Below are positions 19,937 to 28,666 of a DNA stretch of 64,000 nt, piece after piece. The DNA comes from an uncultured Gammaproteobacteria bacterium (GTDB lineage Bacteria; Patescibacteriota; Patescibacteriia; Patescibacteriales; UBA12465): NCBI GenBank assembly GCA_964470695.1, contig CAYYDR010000001.1:337997-401996 (forward strand), read 5' to 3'. The translations under genes and the position numbers were made by a program. How positions within the stretch are numbered: the stretch's first letter is position 1; every line of letters begins with the position of its first letter. The notes below the pieces were generated by a model. It was not told the DNA's origin and did no database searches. It saw nothing but the letters and a program-made list of their open reading frames with translations.

Positions 19937-19960
19937 AAAGGCTCGTGTTAACGAGCCTTT
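19937..19960. terminator. bidirectional rho-independent terminator
   Basis: Perfect 10-bp stem AAAGGCTCGT/ACGAGCCTTT with a 4-nt loop. A-run upstream and T-run downstream, between convergent genes. Confidence 0.75.
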
Positions 19961-19974
19961 TATTTTTGTTTTTA

Positions 19975-20604
19975 CTATTTTTTTTCCATCATCTCCTTAA
20001 TCGGGCTGAAACTGAAGCGATGCAAAGGGCAGGGGCCTAATTCTTTTATTTTGGCGAAGTGTAGTTTGGTCCCGTAGCCCTTATGTTTATCAAATTCATA
20101 GGCTGGATATTTTTTAGCAATTTCGGACATCATCCAGTCCCGGCTGACTTTAGCGATAATAGAGGCGGCCGCGACTGTCCAGACCGTCGCGTCGCCTTTG
20201 ATAATCGCGGTTTGAGGTTTATCTAGTTTAGGAATTTTGAATTTGCCGTCTAAGATTATATAATCGGGGCTAACCTTAACTCCGCGTATGGCTCGCCGCA
20301 TCGCTAAAAAGCTGGCTTGCAGAATATTTATTTTATCAATTGCTAAATTATCAACTACGCCGATTTCAACGGCTAAAGCCTTAGATTTTATAACGCTAAA
20401 AAGATGTTCGCGTTTTTTAGCGGTTAATTTTTTAGAGTCGGCAATCAGTTTTAGATCCTCGTCATCAATTTTAAAATTGGCATCAATCACAACGCAGGCC
20501 GCGACTACTGGTCCGGCCAGTGGCCCGCGTCCGGCTTCGTCTACGCCGCCAATAAGCTTATAGCCGAGGTCAAAAAACTTTTTTTCTACTTTTAAGTCTA
20601 ACAT
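19975..20604 (-). CDS. rnhB: ribonuclease HII
   Basis: GVDEAGRGPLAGPVV and DSKKLT motifs. Confidence 0.9.
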   Translation of the reverse strand: MLDLKVEKKFFDLGYKLIGGVDEAGRGPLAGPVVAACVVIDANFKIDDEDLKLIADSKKLTAKKREHLFSVIKSKALAVEIGVVDNLAIDKINILQASFLAMRRAIRGVKVSPDYIILDGKFKIPKLDKPQTAIIKGDATVWTVAAASIIAKVSRDWMMSEIAKKYPAYEFDKHKGYGTKLHFAKIKELGPCPLHRFSFSPIKEMMEKK

Positions 20605-20726
20605 AGTTTTATTATATCATAAAAGCCAAAATTAGGCTTAAATTCGGTGGAAAAAGGGGTATTTACAAGTTCATATTTATATGGCAAACTATATTTCATA
20701 AAGAAACAGATTTTTAGAGTCTGTTC

Positions 20727-20810
20727 GCCTGGGTGGTGAAATTGGTAGACACACAGTGTTCAGAACGCTGCGGGAGCAATCCCATGGGGGTTCAAATCCC
20801 CCCTCAGGCA
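20727..20810 (+). tRNA. tRNA-Leu (anticodon CAG), class II with long variable arm
   Basis: Hand-folded: acceptor GCCTGGG/CTCAGGC, anticodon stem CAGTG/CGCTG, loop TTCAGAA, variable arm GGGA..TCCC, T-arm GGGGG-TTCAAAT-CCCCC. CCA is not encoded. Confidence 0.9.
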
Positions 20811-20879
20811 CTGTTCTCAGTTCTTTGAGAATGATAAACAAATAATCAAATTCACAAACAAAAAGTGTGAGGATCTATT

Positions 20880-21368
20880 ATGATTACTACCGTACCCACC
20901 GAACCGTTTTTATTAGACGGAACTCGAAATCTCTATTTGGAGAATCTTCTCTTTGATAATCCAGACGCTGCTCTTAAGTGGATGGATGAAAGTTCGCCGG
21001 CTTTAGAAAATCATCTAAATTTTTTATTGGAAGCAGGCGAAGATATTGAGGCAATTCCATATTGCCCATACTGCAAAAAGAATAAGGTTAAGAGTTTCGT
21101 CTTTGTTGGCGGCGTAGCTAGTTACGAATTAACCAGCTGCAATAGCAGAGAGTGTCGCAGACAGCTATTTAAAAATAGCCCGAGTGGCGTCGTGTTCCCA
21201 ATCAGCACATCTACACTATTCCTTTTTGCTGATCAGCCGGAGTACAAGCGTAGAATAGGAAAATTGATAAAGGATATGCTTGGCTTGGGTCGCGAAGCCT
21301 CGGCGGACAAGATACTTAGCAAGATGGTTGAGAATTATCGTAATCGTTCGGTGTTGTTGGCTTCATAG
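20880..21368 (+). CDS. zinc-ribbon protein, paralog 1 of 3
   Basis: CPYCKKNKVKSF...CNSRECRRQ. Shares N-terminal LY motif, (F/Y)P.S and C-terminal helix with the next two ORFs. Confidence 0.6.
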   Translation: MITTVPTEPFLLDGTRNLYLENLLFDNPDAALKWMDESSPALENHLNFLLEAGEDIEAIPYCPYCKKNKVKSFVFVGGVASYELTSCNSRECRRQLFKNSPSGVVFPISTSTLFLFADQPEYKRRIGKLIKDMLGLGREASADKILSKMVENYRNRSVLLAS

Positions 21369-21407
21369 TTTAGATTTTGTTTATTTTAAAACGGCCTTTT
21401 GGCCAGT

Positions 21408-21436
21408 AAAGCCCCGTTCTAGCAGCGGGGTTTTTT
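21408..21436 (+). terminator. rho-independent terminator
   Basis: CCCCG/CGGGG stem plus flanking A/U pairs, then TTTTTTATTGC. Near-identical tail to the terminator at 22665. Confidence 0.7.
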
Positions 21437-21580
21437 ATTGCCCTAGCCCTTGTATTTTTATTTTTTTGGTATAGAATGAAATTATTGAATTTTATTGGTT
21501 TTTAGCCCCTATTAAAGTAGTCCTTTGAAAATATAATTAACCCATATAAAACATTTCAGAACTAATTAGGAGAGTACAGA

Positions 21581-22066
21581 ATGAGCAGCAGAAACGGTTC
21601 CGGTAGTAATGGCTCCTCGTCTTTAAGCGCGCCCGCTTATGAGGTGAGTTTCGGTCATTTGTATACTTTGGGCTTGTGTAATTTTCCGGCCTTGGTAAAG
21701 ACTCAGAAAAATGTTGATAATTATGATCGCAACAAAGCTAAACATGTTAACTTTATCCTAGCTGTCGCGCCCATCAATTTGCCGACGAAAGTCTCCTGTC
21801 CCCATTGTCATCAGAAAACCGTCAAGTATTTTTCTCTGAAAGATGATAAGTTGACCGCCTGCTGCGATAATCCTAAATGCCGTCAGAGATGTCAGTGCGG
21901 AACAGATGAACTATTCCCGTTTTCTCTAGAAACTTTTAATCACAGCAAGTTTAAGAATAGGAGCCAAGAATTAGCCTTATTCTTTAAATCCTGCTTCGGT
22001 TTTAATAATAACCTTCGCGCCGAGGAAGTCTATAATTTTTTCAAGAAAAGCTGTTGTTCTAATTAG
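21581..22066 (+). CDS. zinc-ribbon protein, paralog 2 of 3
   Basis: CPHCHQKTVKYF...CCDNPKCRQRC; C-terminal AEEVYNFF. GGAGAG Shine-Dalgarno upstream. Confidence 0.6.
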   Translation: MSSRNGSGSNGSSSLSAPAYEVSFGHLYTLGLCNFPALVKTQKNVDNYDRNKAKHVNFILAVAPINLPTKVSCPHCHQKTVKYFSLKDDKLTACCDNPKCRQRCQCGTDELFPFSLETFNHSKFKNRSQELALFFKSCFGFNNNLRAEEVYNFFKKSCCSN

Positions 22067-22101
22067 TTAAAATCAAAAACCATAATTGGTTGGGAGAAAA
22101 A

Positions 22102-22608
22102 ATGGATACAAAAAGCAGAAGGCCCAAGCGGCCACGGAAGAAAGTAGTCCTAATTCCTAAATTCAACCCTATGTTTGGGGATCTGTACCTTACCGCTCTG
22201 GAAAATTTCGCTCAGATTATCTGGGCGAAGCAATCTATCGGTAAACCTGGCGCTATCGGTCCCACTTCAGGAAAAATTGAACATATTAAGTTTTTGGCTT
22301 CATTTGAAGCTTTTCAGCTACAAACGGACTGGCCCTGCGAAGTCTGCGGGCGGATGGTTTGTAAGTATTTTGGTCGTCTTAACGAAAAAGACTTAAATGC
22401 TTGCTGCGAAGGCTTTAAGCGTAATAGTCATGAAGGCACGGTATTGTATCCTCTGTCTTTGGGCGTATTCTTGAGGAAGGAATTTTCCTCCTCTTCGGCC
22501 CAAAAAGAATTGAGCAACTTTTTCAAGAGAATCTTTAATCTTGAAAAAGCGTCGGCTGAGGATATCTATAATTTCTTAGTATCTCAGTGCAGTCCAAAAA
22601 ATGTTTAG
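22102..22608 (+). CDS. zinc-ribbon protein, paralog 3 of 3
   Basis: CEVCGRMVCKYF...CCEGFK; C-terminal AEDIYNFL. ATG 22102 follows GGGAG; alternative TTG at 22090. Confidence 0.6.
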   Translation: MDTKSRRPKRPRKKVVLIPKFNPMFGDLYLTALENFAQIIWAKQSIGKPGAIGPTSGKIEHIKFLASFEAFQLQTDWPCEVCGRMVCKYFGRLNEKDLNACCEGFKRNSHEGTVLYPLSLGVFLRKEFSSSSAQKELSNFFKRIFNLEKASAEDIYNFLVSQCSPKNV

Positions 22609-22664
22609 CTCACCCCCTCCTGGCTCTATACATACGGATGCCCTCCCCGTATGCGTTGTGTGTG

Positions 22665-22694
22665 GCCCCGTCTGCTTTATGGCGGGGTTTTTTA
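22665..22694 (+). terminator. rho-independent terminator
   Basis: CCCCG/CGGGG stem then TTTTTTATTGC. Preceded by a second hairpin, CATACGG..CCGTATG. Confidence 0.65.
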
Positions 22695-22773
22695 TTGCTT
22701 AATTTTTGCCTTTTAGATTATAATCTATAATATAATAGACTGGCCGCGTTAATATTTATCGGTCAGCCTTAAC

Positions 22774-22850
22774 GGTCGTTTGGCTCAGCTGGTTAGAGCG
22801 CCGCGTTCACATCGCGGAGGTCAGTGGTTCAAATCCACTAACGACCACCA
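22774..22850 (+). tRNA. tRNA-Val (anticodon CAC), CCA encoded
   Basis: Hand-folded: acceptor GGTCGTT/AACGACC, D-arm GCTC..GAGC, anticodon stem CCGCG/CGCGG, loop TTCACAT, T-arm AGTGG-TTCAAAT-CCACT, then ACCA. Confidence 0.9.
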
Positions 22851-22851
22851 T

Positions 22852-23694
22852 ATGAATTTTTCCATTCTTGATTGGAATATCCAGGGGACTAGATATTATA
22901 CTAGTACCAGCCTAGCTGAAGTTACTCCTGACTTAGAGAAGTCTGGCGCGGATATTTTTTGTTTACAAGAAGCGCAGGAAGTTAGAGAGAAGAGACCGGG
23001 TTTTATTGAGCAGCAGAAACTTAATTGCATTTTTTCTGAAGACAAGGAAAATCGTAATGTTATTCTTAGTAAATTTCCAATTATCGCTAGCGGGGAATTA
23101 GCTTTTCCACCCTTCAAAGACCCTAAAGATAGCCAGAACTCTTCGTTTATAAAAACTGTCTGGTCAAACATTAAATATTTTTTGCCGCCCTATACCGGCC
23201 TCGCGCCCGAGAAAGCTCTTTGGGCGGATATTAAAATTAGCTCAGAAGTTATTAGAATTTATAATTGCCATTTTGAGATAGTCGGGGTTGGCCCCAAAGA
23301 AAGAGTTAATCAGCTTAAGTTAGTTATGGCCGATGCTAAAAGCCATCGGGGGCCAGTTATTATTTGCGGTGATTTTAATACTACTATTCCGGCGGCCGGA
23401 TTCGGTAGAAAATTTATTCAGTTATTTCATTTAGAATCAAATAGGAGTCTAGTAGTAGATGAAAAGCGATCCCCGGATGATGAAAGATATACTATAGTTA
23501 AGGTGGCCGAAGAGGCCGGGTTTTATGACGCTTTGGATATTACTAAGTCCACCTGGTGTATTATGCCGTTTAAATGGGAAATATTCAGCCTTAAATTAGA
23601 TTGGTTTTTAGTGCGCGGCCTTAAAATGCCGCAAATTACTTTAGGTGAATATATTTCCGACCATCGGTCAGTTTTAGCTAAATTCTTAATTTAG
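22852..23694 (+). CDS. endonuclease/exonuclease/phosphatase (EEP) family protein
   Basis: SILDWNIQG first strand, FCLQE, GDFN, SDHRSV terminal motif. The longer track ORF from 22780 runs through tRNA-Val and is rejected. Confidence 0.8.
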   Translation: MNFSILDWNIQGTRYYTSTSLAEVTPDLEKSGADIFCLQEAQEVREKRPGFIEQQKLNCIFSEDKENRNVILSKFPIIASGELAFPPFKDPKDSQNSSFIKTVWSNIKYFLPPYTGLAPEKALWADIKISSEVIRIYNCHFEIVGVGPKERVNQLKLVMADAKSHRGPVIICGDFNTTIPAAGFGRKFIQLFHLESNRSLVVDEKRSPDDERYTIVKVAEEAGFYDALDITKSTWCIMPFKWEIFSLKLDWFLVRGLKMPQITLGEYISDHRSVLAKFLI

Positions 23695-23817
23695 AGCCTA
23701 TTTTGGAATAAATTTGTGTGTGTAATATAGTAGCTATAATGGCTATTTTTTTATTAAAAAAGTGGTTTTTTTCTTTAAAATATGTTAAAATATATCCATA
23801 ATTAAATAAATAATCAT

Positions 23818-24180
23818 ATGAAATTTATTATTCGTTTGTTAATAAATGCTTTATTTTTGTTGGTCGCGCCCTTTATTATTAGCGGTGTAGTTATCTCTGG
23901 ATTTTGGACGGCGGTTATAACCGCTTTATTTTTGGGTATTGTTAATGCAATTATCCGACCGCTTTTGATAATTCTGACTTTACCGATTAATATTTTAACT
24001 TTAGGGCTGTTTACTTTAGTAATTAATGGCCTGCTCGTCTTACTGGTCTCTAGTGTGGTCAAAGGTTTCTATGTTGACGGTTTATGGAGTGCCATTGGCC
24101 TGTCTCTCTTGCTCTGGATAGTATCTTGGCTTAGTAATGATTTTATCGGCGGGGAACGATCTAAAGTAAATCGTTTTTAG
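23818..24180 (+). CDS. small 4-TM membrane protein, phage-holin-4-like (DUF360/YvlD family)
   Basis: GFWTA..TALFLGIVNAIIRPLLIILTLPINILTLGLFTLVINGL matches my memory of the family signature. Confidence 0.7.
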   Translation: MKFIIRLLINALFLLVAPFIISGVVISGFWTAVITALFLGIVNAIIRPLLIILTLPINILTLGLFTLVINGLLVLLVSSVVKGFYVDGLWSAIGLSLLLWIVSWLSNDFIGGERSKVNRF

Positions 24181-24224
24181 ATTATTATTTTTCAAAATAG
24201 GCGGATAATTTTTGCACAAAAAAT

Positions 24225-25847
24225 ATGATTAATCAACAGCTGCTAGATTACATTAAGCATCAAACTCAGCAGGCGGGCATTAACAATGACGAAGTTAAAA
24301 AGACTTTAATATCCGCTGGCTGGCAGGCAGTAGATATTGATGAGGCTTTTAAATCTTTAACCCCCTCGGCGCAAATAAGTAGCCAGCCGCTAGTAGTTAC
24401 TAAACAGCCGGTTGCTTCTATTGCTTCCGCTACCTCTGCTCAGACGGCAGCTTCTTTCGGCCAAAAATCCGAGGCCAAATCCTCGGTATTCACTGGCCAA
24501 GTTAAGGCCGCTAACCCCGTCTCTTCACCGGCGTCCGTGACCGCCTCATCTCAAAAATTTAAGTTAGATAAAAAAGTAATTATTGTAGTCGTCGCGGTAG
24601 TCGCCGGCCTGTTGCTACTTGGCGGCGGCGTTTTTGCTTATTTTTCCTATTCCCAGTCGCCGGAGAAAATCGCCCAACAGATGTTTGAAAAGATATTTGC
24701 TGTTAAATCTTTGGAATATGCGGGTGATGTTGAGTTTGATTTAGAGATGGACGTGTCTGGGTTGTTGGGTAATAATCTCAGTTTTTTTAACGGCGGGAAT
24801 AATTCTTTGCCAGCAACAGCAACTTCCACAATTAAAAAAACCGGCAGTATCTCGTTAAATTTTAATGGCGCTTCTGATTGGCAAAACTCCGCCGCGAAAG
24901 GTTTATTTGCCTTTACAGTTAAAGTAGATGCTCCGACTTTAGGCGAATTCTCACTTGGCTCAGAGGTTAGGACCGTCAATAGAAATATCTATGCTAAGCT
25001 GAGTAAAGCTCCAAATTTAATGATCTTTGATTTAAGCTCTTTGGAGAATCAGTGGGTAAATTTTGGCTCAGTGGCTTTTGACGACCTGGATGAAGAGAAG
25101 AAAAATTTTTCCGATGAGGAAGTAGCTCAAATAAAAGACGCTTTTAAACGGGCTAATATTTTTAAAATTGTTGCAAAGCTGCCCAGCGAAAAAATTGATG
25201 GCCTAAATGCCTACCACTATAAGTTTATAGTTGATAAAGAAAATTTGAAAAATTTTCTTATTAAGCTTGATGAGATTTCAGCGGAAATTTCCTTAACAGT
25301 TAAGGAAAGAGAAGACTTTGAAAAAGAGTATGCTAAATTTATTGCTCCAGAAGGGGAAATTTGGATAGGCAAAGATGATTTATTGCCTTATAAAATTTCT
25401 TTGAATTTTGTGATACCGGAAACCGGAGATTCAAAAGCTTCTGGTAATATTAGTATTGTGCTATCAGCTAAAAATTATAATAAGCCCGTTGCGGTAGAAG
25501 TTCCTGCGCCGGTTAAGACGACTGAAGAAATTATGTCGGGATTCATGCGCGGCTTGGGAGGATTTGATTCTGGCAACACTCCTCCATCTCCAGCATCAAT
25601 CGGCTTAGAGCAGGAGCTTGGTAATGGCCCGAGTCTTGATACAAGCTCCTCATCTCCGGTAGTAGAGCCAGTAATAGATCCTAACCAGAATTTAGATTCT
25701 GATAATGACGGGCTTAATAATTCTGAAGAAATTTCGCAGTATAAGACTGATCCTAATAATCCTGATACCGACGGTGACGGCTTTAAGGACGGCGATGAAG
25801 TAAAAAATGGCTATAACCCTAATGGTTCAGGGAAGTTACTGCAATAA
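24225..25847 (+). CDS. membrane-anchored extracellular protein with C-terminal thrombospondin-type-3-like Ca-binding repeats
   Basis: Cytoplasmic N-domain, Ser/Ala/Pro linker, one TM (VIIVVVAVVAGLLLLGGGVFAYF), C-terminal DSDNDGLNNSEE..DPNNPDTDGDGFKDGDE. Confidence 0.6.
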   Translation: MINQQLLDYIKHQTQQAGINNDEVKKTLISAGWQAVDIDEAFKSLTPSAQISSQPLVVTKQPVASIASATSAQTAASFGQKSEAKSSVFTGQVKAANPVSSPASVTASSQKFKLDKKVIIVVVAVVAGLLLLGGGVFAYFSYSQSPEKIAQQMFEKIFAVKSLEYAGDVEFDLEMDVSGLLGNNLSFFNGGNNSLPATATSTIKKTGSISLNFNGASDWQNSAAKGLFAFTVKVDAPTLGEFSLGSEVRTVNRNIYAKLSKAPNLMIFDLSSLENQWVNFGSVAFDDLDEEKKNFSDEEVAQIKDAFKRANIFKIVAKLPSEKIDGLNAYHYKFIVDKENLKNFLIKLDEISAEISLTVKEREDFEKEYAKFIAPEGEIWIGKDDLLPYKISLNFVIPETGDSKASGNISIVLSAKNYNKPVAVEVPAPVKTTEEIMSGFMRGLGGFDSGNTPPSPASIGLEQELGNGPSLDTSSSSPVVEPVIDPNQNLDSDNDGLNNSEEISQYKTDPNNPDTDGDGFKDGDEVKNGYNPNGSGKLLQ

Positions 25848-25851
25848 TTTT

Positions 25852-26739
25852 ATGTATAGCGAAAAGTTGCCAGGTTTAAAAATAATGGGCAAAGTTGATT
25901 TGGCCGAGGAAACCGCTAAAGAGGGGAGTGATTTTAAGGCGGAAAAATCCAGAGATCCCCGCCTAGAAGAATATTTACCGGATTTAAAAATGAGCTTAAT
26001 GTCTATAGCGGCGCGCTTCAGCACTGAATATGGAAATTTTTTTAATGCCGAAGCTCAGATAACTATAGATGGTCCGGACGGGGAATATGATAAAAAAATA
26101 GTGGCGGATAAAGAATTAGAGTTTGCGACTGATTGCCAAAAAACGCCAGCCGCCTGGCGGGCTAGTAGAGAAAAAAATCCTTCCCATATTACGGAATTAG
26201 CCTTAACGGTCTTGTTTAATAAAATTTTAAAGGGTAAATTTATTATTGTTCGCGCTTCCGATTACGATGACTATGAGAATGGCGCCGATATGTTTATTGT
26301 TGATACCGACACCGGCGCGGTTATTTGCGGCGTAGACGACGTTATCCGCTACGACGGGGATGATGTTGATAAGGATAGTAAAACCGGTAAAAAGCCTAAG
26401 GCCGAAAAAATAAAAGAAAAAATGGAGCATGGCGGCGCTTCTATTAAATATGGCGCAACCTTTGTTGACGGCCAGCTGGCTAGAAAAAGTTTGGAGCATA
26501 TCCCGTTATTTTATTTTTCTATCAATAAAAAGGATTTGGATGATTTATTAGTAGATTTAACGGAAAGGCGCCAGAAAATAAATCCTAAAGAAAAAGAAGT
26601 CTTTGCCGAATTAGTTAATTCTTTAGCTGATCAGTTTTCCCAGTTTTCTCAAGACAAGAACCTTAATTCCAGTCTAAAAAATAATTTGCGGAATTTTAAG
26701 CCGTCTTTAGAAAAGATGGTAACTTGTTCTAAGGCATAA
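25852..26739 (+). CDS. hypothetical protein
   Basis: ORF with ATG 25852 just after the upstream stop. The track start at 25807 overlaps the upstream gene. No motif recognised. Confidence 0.5.
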   Translation: MYSEKLPGLKIMGKVDLAEETAKEGSDFKAEKSRDPRLEEYLPDLKMSLMSIAARFSTEYGNFFNAEAQITIDGPDGEYDKKIVADKELEFATDCQKTPAAWRASREKNPSHITELALTVLFNKILKGKFIIVRASDYDDYENGADMFIVDTDTGAVICGVDDVIRYDGDDVDKDSKTGKKPKAEKIKEKMEHGGASIKYGATFVDGQLARKSLEHIPLFYFSINKKDLDDLLVDLTERRQKINPKEKEVFAELVNSLADQFSQFSQDKNLNSSLKNNLRNFKPSLEKMVTCSKA

Positions 26740-26758
26740 TAATTAATTATTATATTTT

Positions 26759-27229
26759 ATGAAAGCTTTAGTTGTTTATTATTCTCGGACCGGCTTAACT
26801 AGGAAGGTCGCCGATAAATTGGCGGTCGAGCTAGGCGCTGATAAAGAGGAAATAATTGATAAGACTAATCGGATGGGGGTCATGGGTTATATAAGAAGCG
26901 GCAAAGAAGCCTACCAGAAAATTTTAGCTGATATTGAGGCCCCAAAAATTAATCCGTCTAATTATGATTTGGTCATTGTCGGTACGCCGGTCTGGGCGGC
27001 GACCATGTCTTCGCCAGTGCGCGCCTATTTAACAGCTCAAAAAGATAAAATAAAGCGCGCTGCTTTTTTTGCTACCCAAGGCGGTAGTAGCGATTGTAAG
27101 GCCTTGAACCACATGGCTGATCTAGCCGGTCTTAAGTCTAGCGGTTCGTTTGTTGCATCAAGTAAAGAGGTTGTTAAGGATGACTATCGGGCCAAGTTAA
27201 GCCAGTTTGTAAAAATCATTAGAGAATAA
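26759..27229 (+). CDS. flavodoxin-like fold protein
   Basis: MKALVVYYSRTGLTRKVA N-terminus and ..VGTPVW typical of flavodoxin-family proteins. Confidence 0.7.
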   Translation: MKALVVYYSRTGLTRKVADKLAVELGADKEEIIDKTNRMGVMGYIRSGKEAYQKILADIEAPKINPSNYDLVIVGTPVWAATMSSPVRAYLTAQKDKIKRAAFFATQGGSSDCKALNHMADLAGLKSSGSFVASSKEVVKDDYRAKLSQFVKIIRE

Positions 27230-27252
27230 TAAATATTAAAGTCTTATAATTT

Positions 27253-28659
27253 ATGTCACCCTTGTTTTTATATAATACTTTGTCTCTCAAAAAAGAAGAA
27301 TTTCAGCCGATTATGGCTAGTTCGGTTGGTCTCTATACCTGCGGACCGACGGTTTATAATTACGCGCATATCGGTAATCTGCGGACTTATTTATTTGAAG
27401 ATCTTTTGGTACGTGTTTTAAAATATAATGGATATAAAGTAAATCGCGTCATGAATATTACTGATGTTGGCCATTTAACTGGCGACATGGATATGGGCGA
27501 GGACAAGATGGAGAAAGGAGCGGCGCGAGAAGGGAAAAGCGCCTGGGATATTGCCGCTTTATATACGGCTTCTTTTAAAAAAGATTTAGCGATTTTAAAT
27601 ATTTTAGAACCAGATGTCTGGTGTAAGGCGACTGATAATATTCCCGAACAGGTTAAGATGATTCAGGATTTGGAGGCAAAAAATTATACTTATCGGACGA
27701 GTGATGGCATTTATTTTGATACTGCTAAAGTTAAAGACTATAATAAATTAAGCCACCTGCCGTTAGAAGAATTAAAAGAAGGGGCGCGCGTGGAGAAAAA
27801 TGAGGAAAAGAAAAATTTAACAGACTTCGCCCTTTGGAAATTTTCCCCAGCCGGAGTTAAGCGTCAGATGGAATGGGAATCGCCTTGGGGGATTGGTTTT
27901 CCGGGCTGGCATATTGAATGTTCAGCTATGAGTTTGAAATTTTTAGGCGAGCAGTTAGATATCCATTGCGGCGGCATTGACCATATTAATATTCATCATA
28001 CTAATGAAATAGCGCAAAGTGAGTCCGCTACCGGTCAGAAGTTTTTTAATTACTGGATGCATGGCGCTTTCTTAAATATTAAAGGCGGCAAGAAAATGGC
28101 TAAGGCCACGGATAATTTTTTAACTATTGATAACGCTTTTAATAAGAAGGGGATTAATCCCTTGGCTTATCGTTTTTCGGCTTTGCAGGTGAATTATCGT
28201 AAACCAATGGAATATAGCGAGGAGGGAATTAAGCAGGCGGAAGACGGCTTAAATAGCCTATTAAGCCAAGTTGCGGCCCTGGGAGATGAAATCGGTTCCA
28301 TTAGCGTTGATTTTAAAAATAAATTTTTAGAGGTTATTAATAATGATTTGAATCTGCCTAAGGCTCTAGCCCTTATTGCTTCCGTTTTGAAATCAAAATT
28401 AAGCGCGGCCGATAAATTAGCCACGATTATAGATTTTGATCAGGTCCTGGGTCTAGGCTTAAATAAGGCTAGAGATATCATAGCTAAAGATTTGGATTTA
28501 AGTATTTTACCTGTTAATGTAAAAAACTTAGTGGATGCCCGCCAAGAAGCCAGAGCCGCTAAAGATTGGAGCGAATCGGATCGGCTTAGAAAAGAGATTG
28601 ATAATCTCGGGTATATAATGGAAGATACTAAAGACGGTTATAAGCTGAGTAAGAAATAG
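27253..28659 (+). CDS. cysS: cysteinyl-tRNA synthetase
   Basis: [15 protein letters not shown] (HIGH), [14 protein letters not shown] (KMSKS variant). Confidence 0.92.
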   Translation: MSPLFLYNTLSLKKEEFQPIMASSVGLYTCGPTVYNYAHIGNLRTYLFEDLLVRVLKYNGYKVNRVMNITDVGHLTGDMDMGEDKMEKGAAREGKSAWDIAALYTASFKKDLAILNILEPDVWCKATDNIPEQVKMIQDLEAKNYTYRTSDGIYFDTAKVKDYNKLSHLPLEELKEGARVEKNEEKKNLTDFALWKFSPAGVKRQMEWESPWGIGFPGWHIECSAMSLKFLGEQLDIHCGGIDHINIHHTNEIAQSESATGQKFFNYWMHGAFLNIKGGKKMAKATDNFLTIDNAFNKKGINPLAYRFSALQVNYRKPMEYSEEGIKQAEDGLNSLLSQVAALGDEIGSISVDFKNKFLEVINNDLNLPKALALIASVLKSKLSAADKLATIIDFDQVLGLGLNKARDIIAKDLDLSILPVNVKNLVDARQEARAAKDWSESDRLRKEIDNLGYIMEDTKDGYKLSKK

Positions 28660-28666
28660 GAGTAAT

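Noticed and set aside
20727-22850. tRNA-bounded interval as an integrated mobile element or prophage remnant.
   Set aside because: No integrase, recombinase or transposase is present. No direct repeat of a tRNA 3' end is seen; the shared GGTTCAAATCC is just the conserved T-loop. It is kept only as an accessory islet carrying a paralog family.
22780-22851. N-terminal extension of the EEP ORF (MAQLVRAPRSHRGGQWFKSTNDHH).
   Set aside because: These codons are the tRNA-Val gene read as protein. The EEP homology starts at the ATG at 22852.
23818-24180. Holin-4-family protein as evidence of a prophage lysis cassette.
   Set aside because: No endolysin, terminase, capsid or tail genes are nearby. 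DUF360/YvlD-type proteins are common chromosomal membrane proteins.
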